Origin: Balanoglossus misakiensis
Taxonomy: Eukaryota > Animalia > Hemichordata
Reading direction: 5' to 3'
Length of the DNA: 64,000 bases
NCBI GenBank assembly: GCA_040954595.2
Contig: CM082597.2
Coordinates: 9,455,778 to 9,519,777 of the forward strand
The translations under genes and the position numbers were made by a program. Below the pieces are notes generated by a model that had not been told where the DNA came from, made no database searches, and was given only the letters and a program-made list of their open reading frames with translations. How positions within the stretch are numbered: the first letter of the stretch is position 1; every line of letters starts with the position of its first letter. Below, piece after piece: positions 1-12,301 of this stretch.

Positions 1-224
1 GTACGGCGTTTGGGAGTTGGAACAGGTTCCCCATCATCTGTAAATCCTCTATGAACGACAGACTTGGATTTCTTTCCCCATGTGGCGCCCTCTTCCAGGA
101 AAGGGGAGAAATTAGTGTCCAGGGACAAAGTATAAATCAAGTTCTGGCGCCAACTCTCAAACGATGTAATAGTTTCAGACTTACTTAAGCACCATTGCTT
201 AGGCGCTCGCTGCACGCCCGCCAT
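1..224 (-). CDS. N-terminus of an LTR-retrotransposon gag/polyprotein ORF, running off the window edge
   Basis: Hand translation from ATG 224 is open to position 1: [74 protein letters not shown]. It lies just downstream of a PBS-like motif and a putative LTR; family assignment is from recalled resemblance. Confidence 0.65.
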   Translation of the reverse strand, partial: MAGVQRAPKQWCLSKSETITSFESWRQNLIYTLSLDTNFSPFLEEGATWGKKSKSVVHRGFTDDGEPVPTPKRR

Positions 225-385
225 GTTTAAACACTGAGGCAGGTTTTCTCGACGAAATGTGACTTCAAGTTACGTATGTGTAACTCACTGGCTGTACACC
301 TATGTGTGTTGAAGTCCTACTGTGACTGAATGTTCAGCAACTGGAAATTACTGTATTGTTGCCGATGACGAGGGTAGACGATCGA

Positions 386-599
386 CGCTGCCACCACGCC
401 AACGTGGACACAACCACTGTGTTGTCAGACACCAGCAAAGACTACAACCAGGCACGTAAGGTCGATAACACGAACGGTTTTATTACGAACGCACTACGCC
501 GCTAGTTACAAGATGGCGGACGAGCAGAGAGAGAGAGACACGCCACAGGCAAAGCATTGTGGGTAGTGAGGCCAAGGGTCAAACCACTAACAACTAACA
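386..599 (-). mobile_element. Putative 5' LTR (~420-599) and primer-binding site (386-396)
   Basis: TGGTGGCAGCG on - (386-396) is complementary to a tRNA-Leu-type 3' end. The 420-599 segment is bounded by TGTT...AACA and has AATAAA on - at ~479-484. The PBS is ~24 bp from the LTR edge, further than usual. Confidence 0.5.
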
Positions 600-1915
600 T
601 AGTGGCGAAGGGCTTTTAGAATTAGACACAGAAATGTCAGTGTGTTGAAAGGCTTATCACTACTGGAATTATTTTCAAACAAAAAAAACACTTTGTAGCT
701 GAACTCATACTGTGATATGGTAAATTATTACTGTAGAATTAATCCCAAACAAAAACCACTGAATACGATATTTAGAAGTAGACACCACAATTTTAGTGTT
801 TTAAAAGGCTTATAACTATTCATATTTCATTAATTATACTGTCATCAAACTAAAAAACCTATGTATGTGAACTTATACCAGTACTAAGTTATGGTAAATT
901 ATTACTATAATTAAATACCAAACCAAAACCACTGAATAGGCTATTGCACTGTGTATGTCTTAACAATTATATAACCCACTCAAATCTGGTTGCAAAATGG
1001 TGAGGACTGATATATGTGTACTGGAATCTTGACAGACACATGCATATAACACTTTAATGTGTCAAACTTTGCTAATGCATTTTTTTGTCAGTAAGAATGT
1101 CAATGATTCTCATTGAAGGAAATTTAGGAAAGTGAAAACATTTCAATTTTTATCAACTCTGGAACAATAGCTGAGAAAACTGGCAGATTGTTGAGCCCCC
1201 AAAAGTTCGGAGTCACGTACAACTGCAGTGATGAGCCCATGCATAGGGGCAAGTACCGGAGTTCCCCTGAGCACTGTTATTTTGTTGTTCTTTTCTTCAC
1301 AATTTGCAACTTTGCCAATAGCAGTTCTAATGGAAATTAGGTAATGTAACTTTGACAGTGGTGCATGCAATAATCCTGAATCTAGGTCAAGGTCAATATA
1401 TTAGTTGCACACATTACAAGTGCAATCATTGTGTATTAATTACATTTGGGAGATTTCTACAAAATGCTCCAATGTCCCAATTACTGCTAAATCATTTATG
1501 CCATATAAGAACACAGAGAAATTGCCAACTCTCCCCCAATAAGAACAGTTTCTCCCAATCAAGAGAATGTCTCATCCGTGTTTTGCTGCTAAGTTTGCTG
1601 GCCCGGGGTCCAGGAAAGGGATTCCTCTGTTATAGCCCCAGTTAGCGACAGTTCAGTAGCTGTGATCAGCAGCTACGCCCCAGTATCATGTATGCACGTC
1701 GAATACCGAGCAATACCTGAACCCCTTCCCGGCCCTATGAACAGTTGGCCAACAACCCAATCTTGAAACATTAGTGGATGACTGTCTTTTAGATAGGAAG
1801 GGCTAGCACCATGGACAACCATCGAAACTGCACTGAAGTCAGGCATCGTGTTGACTGAAAACAATAATAAAACATTCACTTAAACATTGTGTGTCAATGA
1901 CAGTTATAATCTTAC

Positions 1916-2313
1916 CTGTTCAGGGGTCCCAACTGAAATATATGAAGCAATGCCCAGAAGAACCACTCTTTGCAGCTGCTAGTTTTGGTTGCCCCGCCCT
2001 CTTTTTCGTTCTCTTGCAAGTCAGAATGGTACCATCTCAGACTGAATGTTTGCATAATGATCGACGGTATAAATATGAAACTAAAAGTCAGTCCACACCA
2101 CCAGTAATGGCCAAGTCTCAGATACTGGGCTGATAGCAGAAAATCGGTGACTAAATCGGCCAGCCATGTCATCATTGAACCGAACGTAAACAAGAAATCC
2201 CAGATCGTGTATGGTTGTATTTTGATTCCACTGTAACTATCACGGCCACATTCACTTTTATCACGTTTTCGGTCACTCCGATCGTCATCAGTGGTTGCTC
2301 CTTCTTCTGCCAT
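1916..2313 (-). CDS. XK-related protein (XKR4/6/7-like scramblase family), first coding exon
   Basis: MAEEGATT...WDFLFTFGSMMTWLADLVTDFLLSAQYLRLGHYWWCGLTFSFIFIPSIIMQTFSLRWY...LHIFQLGPLNR has the XK-family D-x-x-T-D, F-S-x-R-W and H-x-x-Q-L-G motifs. It ends at donor AACAG|GTAAG (1916/1915); no further exons were recognised in the window. Confidence 0.85.
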
Positions 2314-2410
2314 GTCTAAGGCAACGCGATCACTGAGACAGCACACTTGTTCCGCACCGGGGGTTCAACAAAAGTACCAACGTACAGACGACAAACAGCT
2401 GAGCCTCCAA

Positions 2411-2454
2411 ACCGGAAGTGTAATGCCACGGTTTTGTTGCTTTCCCATGATGCA
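2411..2454. promoter_or_regulatory. XKR proximal promoter motifs: ETS/GABP site and ZNF143/Staf-like site
   Basis: ACCGGAAGTG at 2411-2420 and TTCCCATGATGCA at 2442-2454, 100-140 bp upstream of the XKR ATG in a CpG-richer patch. Confidence 0.45.
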
Positions 2455-3223
2455 TTTAGGTTTGTCCGGGTACGCGCGTATGCGTCGTAGCGCTACCATG
2501 CCAACAGCGCCTGTGATTGATCAGAATGTATGGAGTTGCATACTAGTAGTTAGCAATGTTTGCCAATAGGTTCCGTTATGCGTGTCCTTACAACTTGCAA
2601 GAGAGATAACCTAGGGCCCCCTAGGCATAATTCGCGGGAAAATGTTTCTGTCGTTTTTATGCTCGTGTCTTTCTGTGCATTAGGCCTATACTTTTTTCAG
2701 CCATTTTTTGTTTACTAATTTCAGTTCAGCTTTAACCCTTAAACACTGAGGGCAACTGTTATAGACCTACTCATAGGTATAGCCTACTATACAACATTTC
2801 AAAGCAAAGTGTGTCTTAAAAAGTATGCACTACTCTGAAATCAAACCAAAATACTTTTAGGCCTATAAATAGTACACCACAAGACTAAGCTAGGCCTAAT
2901 CCCGAACTGAACTGAACTAGGCCTACTTTCATTGACCAGATTGATCATCTATTAGGCCGTTCACATTACTCAAAAAGGCCAGGACCTTGTCCTAGCAAGG
3001 TACGTGGCTGAGAACTAAAACAGGTATGAACGGGTCTGGCCAACCCTTGTCCAGACAATTTTGGTCCCAGTTGAATGGGGTGGTTTGTGGTCGACTCTGG
3101 TCCCAGCCTTGTGTGTGTGGAGACGTCTTGTCCGACTCTGGCCCAAGTTGACAACTTTTACAATTGACATAAACAGTGTAGTCTATCATTTGACAATGGT
3201 GAAAATTGTATAAACAACCATAA

Positions 3224-4766
3224 GGGACCGTTCAGTTTTTACGGCCGGGGGCGGCAAAATCCAGACGGGGGGGGGGGGATTCACTTAAATTTTGAAGTCC
3301 AAAAGGGAGGGCATCTCTTTTTTTTTTTTGTAAACGTTTAGGGAGGATCACATACTTTTGCCACCGAACTTTTGCTTTTGAGTCCACAAAATTGCAGTTT
3401 CGCGCCCTTTATTTTACAAAATTTTCTAATGTGGGAGGGGGACACCCCTTCCCAAACCCACCCCCTTCATTCTTCGCCACATTTCATTTATTGGCTGGTT
3501 TGTCTAGTGTACCAGAGCAGACTACTTGCCACCCCACCCTGATGCTTACTTTGAATGGAGTGGCAAAAGTAAAATTGGTCCACCCCAACATATGTTAATA
3601 TGCTTTAGAGTTCATTAAAATGCAACTTTGAGCAATGTATTTTACAAAAATTTTCTTCATTCTAAAGCTTCGCCACATCTAGTGTACCAGGGCATAGCAC
3701 TTGCCCAACCTCCATCCCCACAGATGCTAACTGTGAAGGGAGTGGCAAAAGTAAAATTGGTCCTCCCCTACATTGAGTTAATATGCTTTAGAGTTCATTA
3801 AAATGCAACTTTGAGCAATGTATTTTACAAAAATTTTCTTCATTCTAAAGCTTCGCCACATCTAGTGTACCAGGGCATAGCACTTGCCCAACGTCCATCC
3901 CCACAGATGCTAACTGTGAAGGGAGTGGCAAAAGTAAAATTGGTCCTCCCCTACATTGAGTTAATATGCTTTAGAGTTCATTAAAATGCAACTTTGAGCA
4001 ATGTATTTTACAAAAATTTTCTTCATTCTAAAGCTTCGCCACATCTAGTGTACCAGGGCATAGCACTTGCCCAACCTCCATCCCCACAGATGCTAACTGT
4101 GAAGGGAGTGGCAAAAGTAAAATTGGTCCTCCCCAACATTGAGTTAATATGCTTTAGAGTTCATTAAAATGCAACTTTGAGCAATGTATTTTACAAAAAT
4201 TTTCTTCATTCTAAAGCTTCGCCACATCTAGTGTACCAGGGCATAGCACTTGCCCAACCTCCATCCCCACAGATGCTAACTGTGAAGGGAGTGGCAAAAG
4301 TAAAATTGGTCCTCCCCAACATTGAGTTAATATGCTTTTGAGTTCATTAAAATGCAACTTTGAGCACCGTATTTTACAAAATTTTCTTATGTGGGAGGGG
4401 GGGGGACACTCCCACCCCCACCCCCGCCACTTTTCTTGTTTTACCAATTCTAGCAACTATTGTATTGACTTGTCATTTTAATTTATTCATATATTTCTTT
4501 ATTGCAACGATATACTGTTATATACTTCAATTACTTTAAGAAATTTATAATTGACGTGTGAGGAGCCTCATTCCCTTTATTGCATACAGTGTACAGGATC
4601 AGGACGGCGAATGTTTTCGGCGAGGGGGGGGGGGGTCATCATAATTTTGGGCCTGTCAAAGGGGGGGTCTTCATTTTTTGGTCCTGGGTGAAGGGGGGTC
4701 GGCCTGATTTTGAAAACCGATGACACAAACTTGCCAACCCCCCAGCCGTAAAAACTGAACGGTCCC
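3224..4766. mobile_element. PIF/Harbinger-type MITE carrying an internal 183-bp tandem array
   Basis: TIR GGGACCGTTCAGTTTTTACGGC...GCCGTAAAAACTGAACGGTCCC with TAA on both flanks (3221-3223, 4767-4769). Confidence 0.8.
3598..4388. repeat. Tandem repeat, 183-bp unit, about 4.3 near-identical copies
   Basis: ATATGCTTTAGAGTTCATTAAAATGCAAC recurs at ~3598, 3781, 3964, 4147 and 4330. Confidence 0.9.
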
Positions 4767-5363
4767 TAAGAGGACCAACATGGTTCTGCTTTATAAGGTC
4801 AAAGGTTGGCGAGACGACGTCGGCCAGGACTCTACCAAACACAATGTGAGACTAAAGATTAGCTTATTTTGTCACAATCATCGGGATTAGTTTTGCCCGG
4901 CCATGGGCCTTGATGTGAACCCACTATATATCTGCCATGTCTGTCTGTCTGTCTGTCTCACAGTCTTTCTGTCTATCCTTCAGTCGTTTCAGAAACTGCG
5001 TAGCTACCGAGTACATATAGGCCTAGGCATATGCAGAGAGATTGTCGACTGGTTTATATACCGTCATGATATTAGCTGACTTGTTATATAAAAAAGAATG
5101 CAGACTCGTGTGTGTGTGGAGCAAAGCGAAAAAAAACACGAGTCTGGATTCTACACTAAGTTAGCACTAGTATATATTGTCATTCGAATTTGAAATCTGC
5201 TTTAGGGCCTATAGTAGAGTTTAAATGAAGACGAAGTTCCAAATCTAATTTTTTTTTCAAATGTTTTCTTTTTTATCTGTCTGTATGAGAATTTGGTCGC
5301 AACCAATCGCCGGTAAAAGCAATCTTGGCACAGAATACGTAATGAAAACCCTAGCTCCGAGAC

Positions 5364-5554
5364 TGACGTCACCAGCGCGTCGACATATTCGACATTGGGC
5401 GCGTGCTGAATAAAACCTTGTGTTCTATTCGATGACGTGACGTCATCTACTTCTATCTGTGTCGCCGAGTAACTGACTCACTGTTTGTTCGTGACGACGA
5501 GACTACAACATATGTATTCTGTTGGCAGTGACTGTCTCTGACTGTGTAGAAATT
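5364..5554 (+). promoter_or_regulatory. CRE/AP-1-rich promoter and probable non-coding first exon of the orphan gene
   Basis: Perfect TGACGTCA at 5364-5371 and 5438-5445, TGACTCA at 5474-5480, and donor ATT|GTAAGT at 5554/5555. Confidence 0.5.
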
Positions 5555-6519
5555 GTAAGTTGTAACGTCATATGTGATTTGCATAACAGACGAATTTTGA
5601 TTTGGTCGATTTCATCTTAGCAAAACAGTGGCATTGTGTCCGATATCGCTGTGTTCGCAAAAAAGTTCCATTCTCCGCGGCCAAACAGACCGTCCTTGGT
5701 TACAATAGTTTTCCTCCCAACACCCCACAGTGTAGAGCAGACGAAAGTTTGCCATGCGTTTTTAACACGTACAACCAATGCAGCGGTGACCGAAATCCCA
5801 ATATTTCCCATATCAGGTGTTTTTGTCTCGGTTTTACATGCCTGATACATGTCATGACACATGTACGTAGCCTAAATTGGAATTTGAAACGTGTTTCCCA
5901 CAAAATGCAACAAAGTGACACTCATGTGAACATAGAAAATCGAAACGCATGCACTTTGAATCGTTGATTATGCTTTCAAGTATTCCATCAGTCTCTGTGA
6001 GACTACTCTTGAATTTGTTTGTAAATTTACTTATCTTGGGCATATTTTCTCTCATGATTTATCTGATAACGAGGACATTCTAAAACAACTTAGAGCAAGG
6101 CTCCTTTGAAAGTGCAATTCGTGTTCTGTCGATGTGAAATTTCGTCTTTTTAATGCGTTTTGCAATAACATTTATGACACTCAGTTTATGGTGTAATTTT
6201 AATTTGTATAATATCCGCAATATAACTAATGTCACAACAATGCCCTTGGAAGACTACTTGGTCAATCAGGACCCAAAAGTGTCTCTAAAATGTTTGCTTT
6301 GAACGCCGTGAACTGCGTCTCCGTCATTAGAGTATACAAGTCGGTTTATCTAATACTCATTTTGTTCTTAGCTTTGATGATGTTATTTTAGTGTAATTGC
6401 CAATGTTTTAAAAAAACTAAGATACTATGGACGCTTATGTCTGAAATAAAGATTAATAATAGTAATAAATAATAATAATACCGCAGGTATAAGGGACTGA
6501 CCACTTTTTACCTGACTAT

Positions 6520-6585
6520 GTGTTGTTTGTTTGTTTGTTTGTTTGTTTGTTTTGTTTTGTTTTGTTTGTTTGTTTGTTTGTTTGT
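6520..6585. repeat. (GTTT)n/(GTTTT)n microsatellite
   Basis: Visible directly in the sequence. Confidence 0.9.
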
Positions 6586-6710
6586 ATGAGTAAGCGAAAT
6601 GTCGTTTATAATTAAGAATGGTTACTTTCAAAATATAGAGTTAAATACTTAACAATTGGTTTCTGGTGATATAATCACAGAGCGAAGCAGATAGCAGTGA
6701 TAAACGCGAG

Positions 6711-9700
6711 ATGAATGGATCAGTAACTGTTTCTGGCAATATCACTTCGGAGGCAATTCGCCGAAGAAGGCACAGACGAAGATTGCGTCAGCGACAACGG
6801 CGGCGTGAAGGGCGGTGGGAAGCAAGACAAGCCAAACTGGTAGGAGTATAGCAGTCAAGACTCTCGAATGTATTAAGGTGGTATGCGCCTCGGGGAAAAA
6901 CCTTTCAGAATAATGATTGTCTTTCCATTGTTAATGTTCGCCGTTTTCTTTTCATAAAAATCATTGTTTTAAAAAAGATTCTCTACGCGGTCATTTTGAA
7001 TTTCGAATTTGAGACAGTTTAAAGGTGTACAGTCATCTCCACTTTAAACACGCCCACACATGGGTGAAATGGCGTATTTTAGTGTTTTGGAAAAAACATA
7101 TCATGGTGGCGCTCTTTTTTTCGCGTTTGCCACCCATTGAAATTCTGTGCTTGGCTATATCTCAATTAGCCATGGTAACTGTAGCTAAATTTATTCTTGT
7201 ATTTATGAGAACAAGTTTCTAAAGACTGATTAGAGAGGCGCGTTCCTTTAAGTACCATTCAGGGTATTGTCTGAAAAAAAATGCTTAATGACATCGTATT
7301 ACCATTTTAGGTGCGAACATATTTGAAAAAGTTGCAAATAGTTTTTTAAGGTCGGAATCGGAATCATTAGGGCTGCGACATACAAAAAATAATCTTTGAG
7401 GAATTGGGTTTTTTTTTTTGAAGTATCGAGGTCCAAAACCCCAAACGTTTAACTTTCTTGAAGCCCAAATACTAATAAAGGGAAGATGCATGTCACGTGG
7501 CCACTTTATAAATATACTGGATAGGGAACCACTATATATACATGTTGGCCTATGTATACACTGTTGGGGTTTACAGAAAAGTACGTAGATCCATGAAAGG
7601 ATATATATTTGTATGTCATATCAGAAAACGGAGGCATAATTAGGAAGTTCTCTACTTAAGCGCCATATATCTTTATTTTTCAAATATTTGTCTTCCAGGA
7701 TATTCACCCGGATGGCACTTTCAATGCAGAGTGTCAGTTTTCAAGGCAGTCTAATGATGTCAATAATACAAATGGAGAGTTTGATGTACGTCGGTATAAT
7801 TCCAGGAAATATGGTAACGCGTTTGAAATGAGTGTCCTATGATGTCACCTATTTCGAAACCACGGCTAACGTCTTGATGTCTCAATCAATTTAAAACACG
7901 TTATTGCGAACTATACTTTTGTATAAAATATGCAAAATGTAATTCATTTTTGCTCGTAGCCCAGTGAAGCAAATACAAGGTTGATTGTGTTTAAAGTACG
8001 ACTAAGCATTGAGTACATGTATATAGTTGATTATTTCATATCGCAATCGTTTCGAGACAATCACTTTAATCGAATCCAAAAGAACGACACTGTTGCACAT
8101 GAGTGGGTTTGTTATTGTATTCAAGAGATCCAATGTTTAGGGCTAGCCTAGACGACTATAGATTGTGAAAAGGTCGACTAGATTCTACAGTTTCCTTATT
8201 TGTTTACACAGGAAGCGTCGTGCCTTCTCTTCCCTGGTATCAAGTTGTTCCACAGTGAGCCCATGTCTATTCTTCTCACAAGTCAAACAGAAACTATACT
8301 TCAATCGGTAAGTGAGTCAATCGGTATGTGAGTTAGTAGAAGAAATTGGAAAGAATTAACGGTATACGGTCAGCTCTACTTTTATATATGGTTATAATGA
8401 CGTGTCCAAGTCTCCAAATGATCACGTGGTGGCGCACTTGAGTGTGCCATCCACTGAAAATCTGTGATTGGCTACATTTCAATTAGCCATGGCAGTAGGG
8501 GTCATATATTTACATAATTGACAATATGCCTTAAAACTCTGTTTCGGAAACCCCAGGGATTCGGATTAACGTGTGTTTGTACGGTAGTTTATTTGGGAGT
8601 GATTGGGAAGGGTCGTCGTGGCGTGGCATTCTTTAAAATCTAAAAGCACGAATAGGAGCCTTTATGGACAATGTGATGTCAGATGCACTTTGAGAGGTCA
8701 TGATGGGTGTGTTCACTTGTGCGCTGGCGGTGATTTTGAAATTGTAGCGAGGAAATGGTGGGATTTGCCGACACTTTTTAGGGACCAACCCTTTACATTT
8801 CGATTTAAAATGTGGCGTCTGCTTAAATATACTCCGATAATTCTGTCCTAATGATTAATAAACTTAATATTCCCATCAGGAAAGACATCCATTAAACCGT
8901 GATACATGATGAAAGTATCAATCTTTGTTACACACTTAAATATGTTTGATATCTCACACAGCACATATATGATATGATGCACTTGAAAGTAAGTGGACAA
9001 CTGCACGGTTCTATTACCAACTCAGACAAAGTATTTGTCAAAACAGACGTAACTGCAGACGACATTGAAATAACTTTCAGACTGCCAACTGAAGCAGCAA
9101 CAATGCAGATGGTTAGTATGTTTATTCAATACCTCTTAAACCAACTGCAGTGATTATAATTAAGAAATAACCTTTATATGTGTAAATTGAGCCTGGAAGA
9201 AATACTACGTCTTTTGTTACGTAATACAAAAATGTAACAAAATGCGAGATTACGAAATTGCTTTAAAGGGACGATTTGCCCTCTCTTTCCCGATGTGCAG
9301 ATGTTTGGTTTGGAAAACGTTCTTCAGAATATGACCGCTGCGCGCGAGTTAAAAACTGGTGGGTAAAATTGTTTCAAATAGTAACGTTTTATATTCTACT
9401 TCATTGTGGATGTCGTTTTACAACTTTTTTGCAGACGTCGACTCCAACTTTTACTTTGAGCAAATGTGACGAAGGCACTGCTGAGAAATCAGATCTTGCG
9501 TTGATCTCTACAGAAATACCCAGATGTGATCGATTCCATGACGATGTCGCAATAGTGGCAGACGAGGTCACCGGGTAAGTGTGTTTAATGATAAGGTTCA
9601 GACTCCTGAGATTCCATCGGTCCAATGATTGATGTCGAAATGGAAATACCATTCTGAGATGAATAAAGGAAGTTTTTATCAACGGGAGAAACGCCTTAAA

Positions 9701-9914
9701 CGCTGATTTAAAAAAACAGGAACGACGACGGATTTTGTTTCTTTGTGACCAGAGTGATCATTTCGACGATTTTTCTGGTTACAGGTCAAACACTGACAGA
9801 TTCACAGAAGACACATCACCACAAGAGGGCGCACTAGACAAGCTTCCCGTATTCAGAAGATTTAGAAATGCTGTTAAAAGAATGAAAAAGAACAAAATAT
9901 GTCCACTTAATTGA
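6711..9914 (+). CDS. Uncharacterised spliced gene, about 243 aa, with Arg-rich N-terminus and basic C-terminus
   Basis: Six phase-compatible GT-AG exons: 6711-6839 (exon starts 6681), 7699-7785, 8212-8307, 8962-9111, 9435-9574, 9785-9914 (TGA). Junction phases are 0,0,0,0,2 with no internal stops; ATTAAA at ~10023. Confidence 0.75.
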
Positions 9915-11103
9915 AAACAACTCAGACAGTAAATACGGGCCCATCACAATTTCGTTAAAGCATTAGGCATACATTGTATGAGCACGCATGTACATTAGTG
10001 TTTGAAAGGCAAACTTTACAGAATTAAATCAATGCATTTTGTAACTAGAATTACTTGGTGACTTTTACATAATATCGTCTCACTCCAAGGCACCGGCATA
10101 CATGTTCAACATTTAACTCGTTATATCTAACTACGCATCGGACATTGTCATTAACCTGGAAAACTGTAAGAATCAACATGATTGGAAATGTACATTCCAC
10201 ATATCCCTTGTTTTGGATCTTGCGTCTTGTCTGACGTCGACAGACGGAGCTTTGCACTACATAAAAAATACAATACCAACATGAACTGAACCGGGGAATG
10301 GAAATGCCCCCTTTAGAACCGGGAAGTTTAGTAAGTCGACACCTGGGCTATACTATAAGACTTTGCCATGGATAGGGCTGGTAAATTAGTCATAAAGGGC
10401 GTTCTCACTGGCAAGATTACACCGGTGCTACACTGGTGTAGATTTGACACCAACGGAAAAAAACAAGTGAGAACGCTTTACACCGGTGTTGGGCCGGTGT
10501 TAATTTGCGACGGCGATGGGTGGTGGGTCAGGGCCAGCGCTGGGCCAGCGCTCCGACGCAAATAGTCAGTGAGAATGCAAAGATAAACAAACACCGTTCA
10601 AAAGCGCCACCCTGCAGTGACTTTTGGGTATGTTTATTAGGTATAGCCCATTGTCTTTGGTCAGTTTCCATTGTGAAGTCAATCACACTGGACGCGAGTG
10701 GTTTTCAAACCATTCGCAGTTTGCCAGGTCTGCAACACTTCTGTCTGCTACCAACTTTCAGAAGGTTCTCTCGATCACCGAAAAGCTGAGGCATTTTCCA
10801 TTTATGGATTAACATTCATTTACTTCTAAACATTATCCAAACTGTCAGCGTTGGTTATTACCACAAATTATATTAGGCCTACTGATACATTATGATGGTA
10901 ATATACCCATGTATAGGGTGTGGGTTGAGTTGTATTATATAATACCAGTATATTGATGGTGTAAATCACGCTATTTTATTGGTCGAGACATGACACATGA
11001 CCGTGATATATTAGTCATATACCACAGTCATATATCATAGTCAAAGAAAATGCCTTTTTAAAATGTTTTATGCAAAGTTTCAATATACTAGCATAATATA
11101 ATA

Positions 11104-11244
11104 GCAATAAAACACCCCCAGCCATGGTATACCACTCGATTTTGACCAGTTCAACTCCATATACGCACTCGCTATCGCTCGTGCGTATATGTCGTGAACT
11201 GGTCAAAATCTCGTGGTATACCATGGCTGGGGGTGTTTTATTGC
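11104..11244. mobile_element. Short near-perfect palindromic (hairpin) element
   Basis: GCAATAAAACACCCCCAGCCATGGTATACCAC...GTGGTATACCATGGCTGGGGGTGTTTTATTGC around a CACTCGCTATCGCTCGTG centre. Confidence 0.7.
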
Positions 11245-12181
11245 TTAAATAACTGGTCATTTAGCATGTTTAAGTGAGCAGATTAACATAAATAACCCAT
11301 CAAAAGAAATACAAATAAAGCAAAATGTTTGTCAAAAGTTATTTTCTTTATCGATATTTTTGGGGGCGTTGTTGAACTGCGATTTAGGCCTACTGCTCGT
11401 TACTGCTTTTGCAAACACCTAACCCAGTGTTCGGCTAGGAGGAGAGTCCACTTATGCGAGAACCAAAGATTGCGTTATTAAACTTTAATAGCTTCAACTG
11501 TTAGCGTATGACAGCCCAGAAAATTAAAACATGAAGCTCGCATGTTTTGGGTAAGAGTGATGACCTTATCACGTTCCAGCTCCCGAGACTGTGTTGTAAA
11601 CGGACATTGACTTAGACTTCCTCCAAGTCCGTTGGGCTTCATTATTGGGATCGAGTTGCCCCATGGTGGTGGACGGTAACCGAAATCAGAAGCTCACCAG
11701 CCCTGAATTCGTTTCTCAGCTCAGTACCAGAAACTCGCTCAAAGCAAGCAAGCAATTGCAAACACACGAAAAGTATTGTGAATATACCGGAAAGTTTGCT
11801 CTATCATTCATTCACAAACATGCTAAATATTATGTAGACATTTTTGTACATCATGTTCTGTCCCCGGGCTTTGTATTCTAGATCGACGCCCTGGTCTCCG
11901 GGCTACCAAGAAATATACAATTTGAGACTTCCATGGACTGGCGTTTGGCATCGCATCATAATGTATCCACGTGCTAATTACTCCACTTATATGGAAGACC
12001 GGTCACGACATGCGTGACATGCGACCTGCGACTTCAAAACTGCGACCTGCGGCCTGCGACTTCCTCACACTCTGTCAAGATGGCGACTGCAATGCGGATG
12101 TTGGCGAGTACTTTTATCGAGGCTATATTGTCGACGAAATTGCTGTTGTTTTAGGACTTCATCGTGGTGTTTGGTTCAGGT

Positions 12182-12301
12182 CAATCTGATTAAAATCAGA
12201 TGTAGGGAACAGCGACTTGGTTTTTTATGCTGTAGTGTGAGGCGACAGCATAAAAAAAAAACCCAAGTCGCCGTTCCCTACATCTGATTTTAATGAGATT
12301 G
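12182..12301. mobile_element. 120-bp palindromic MITE with 9-bp TSD (MULE-like)
   Basis: CAATCTGATTAAAATCAGATGTAGGGAAC...GTTCCCTACATCTGATTTTAATGAGATTG, with GGTTCAGGT at 12173-12181 and 12302-12310. A half copy lies at ~14477-14541. Confidence 0.8.

Noticed and set aside
6877-7246. Possible TTAA-flanked MITE in an intron of the orphan gene
   Set aside because: TIR match is only partial, so boundaries could not be supported.
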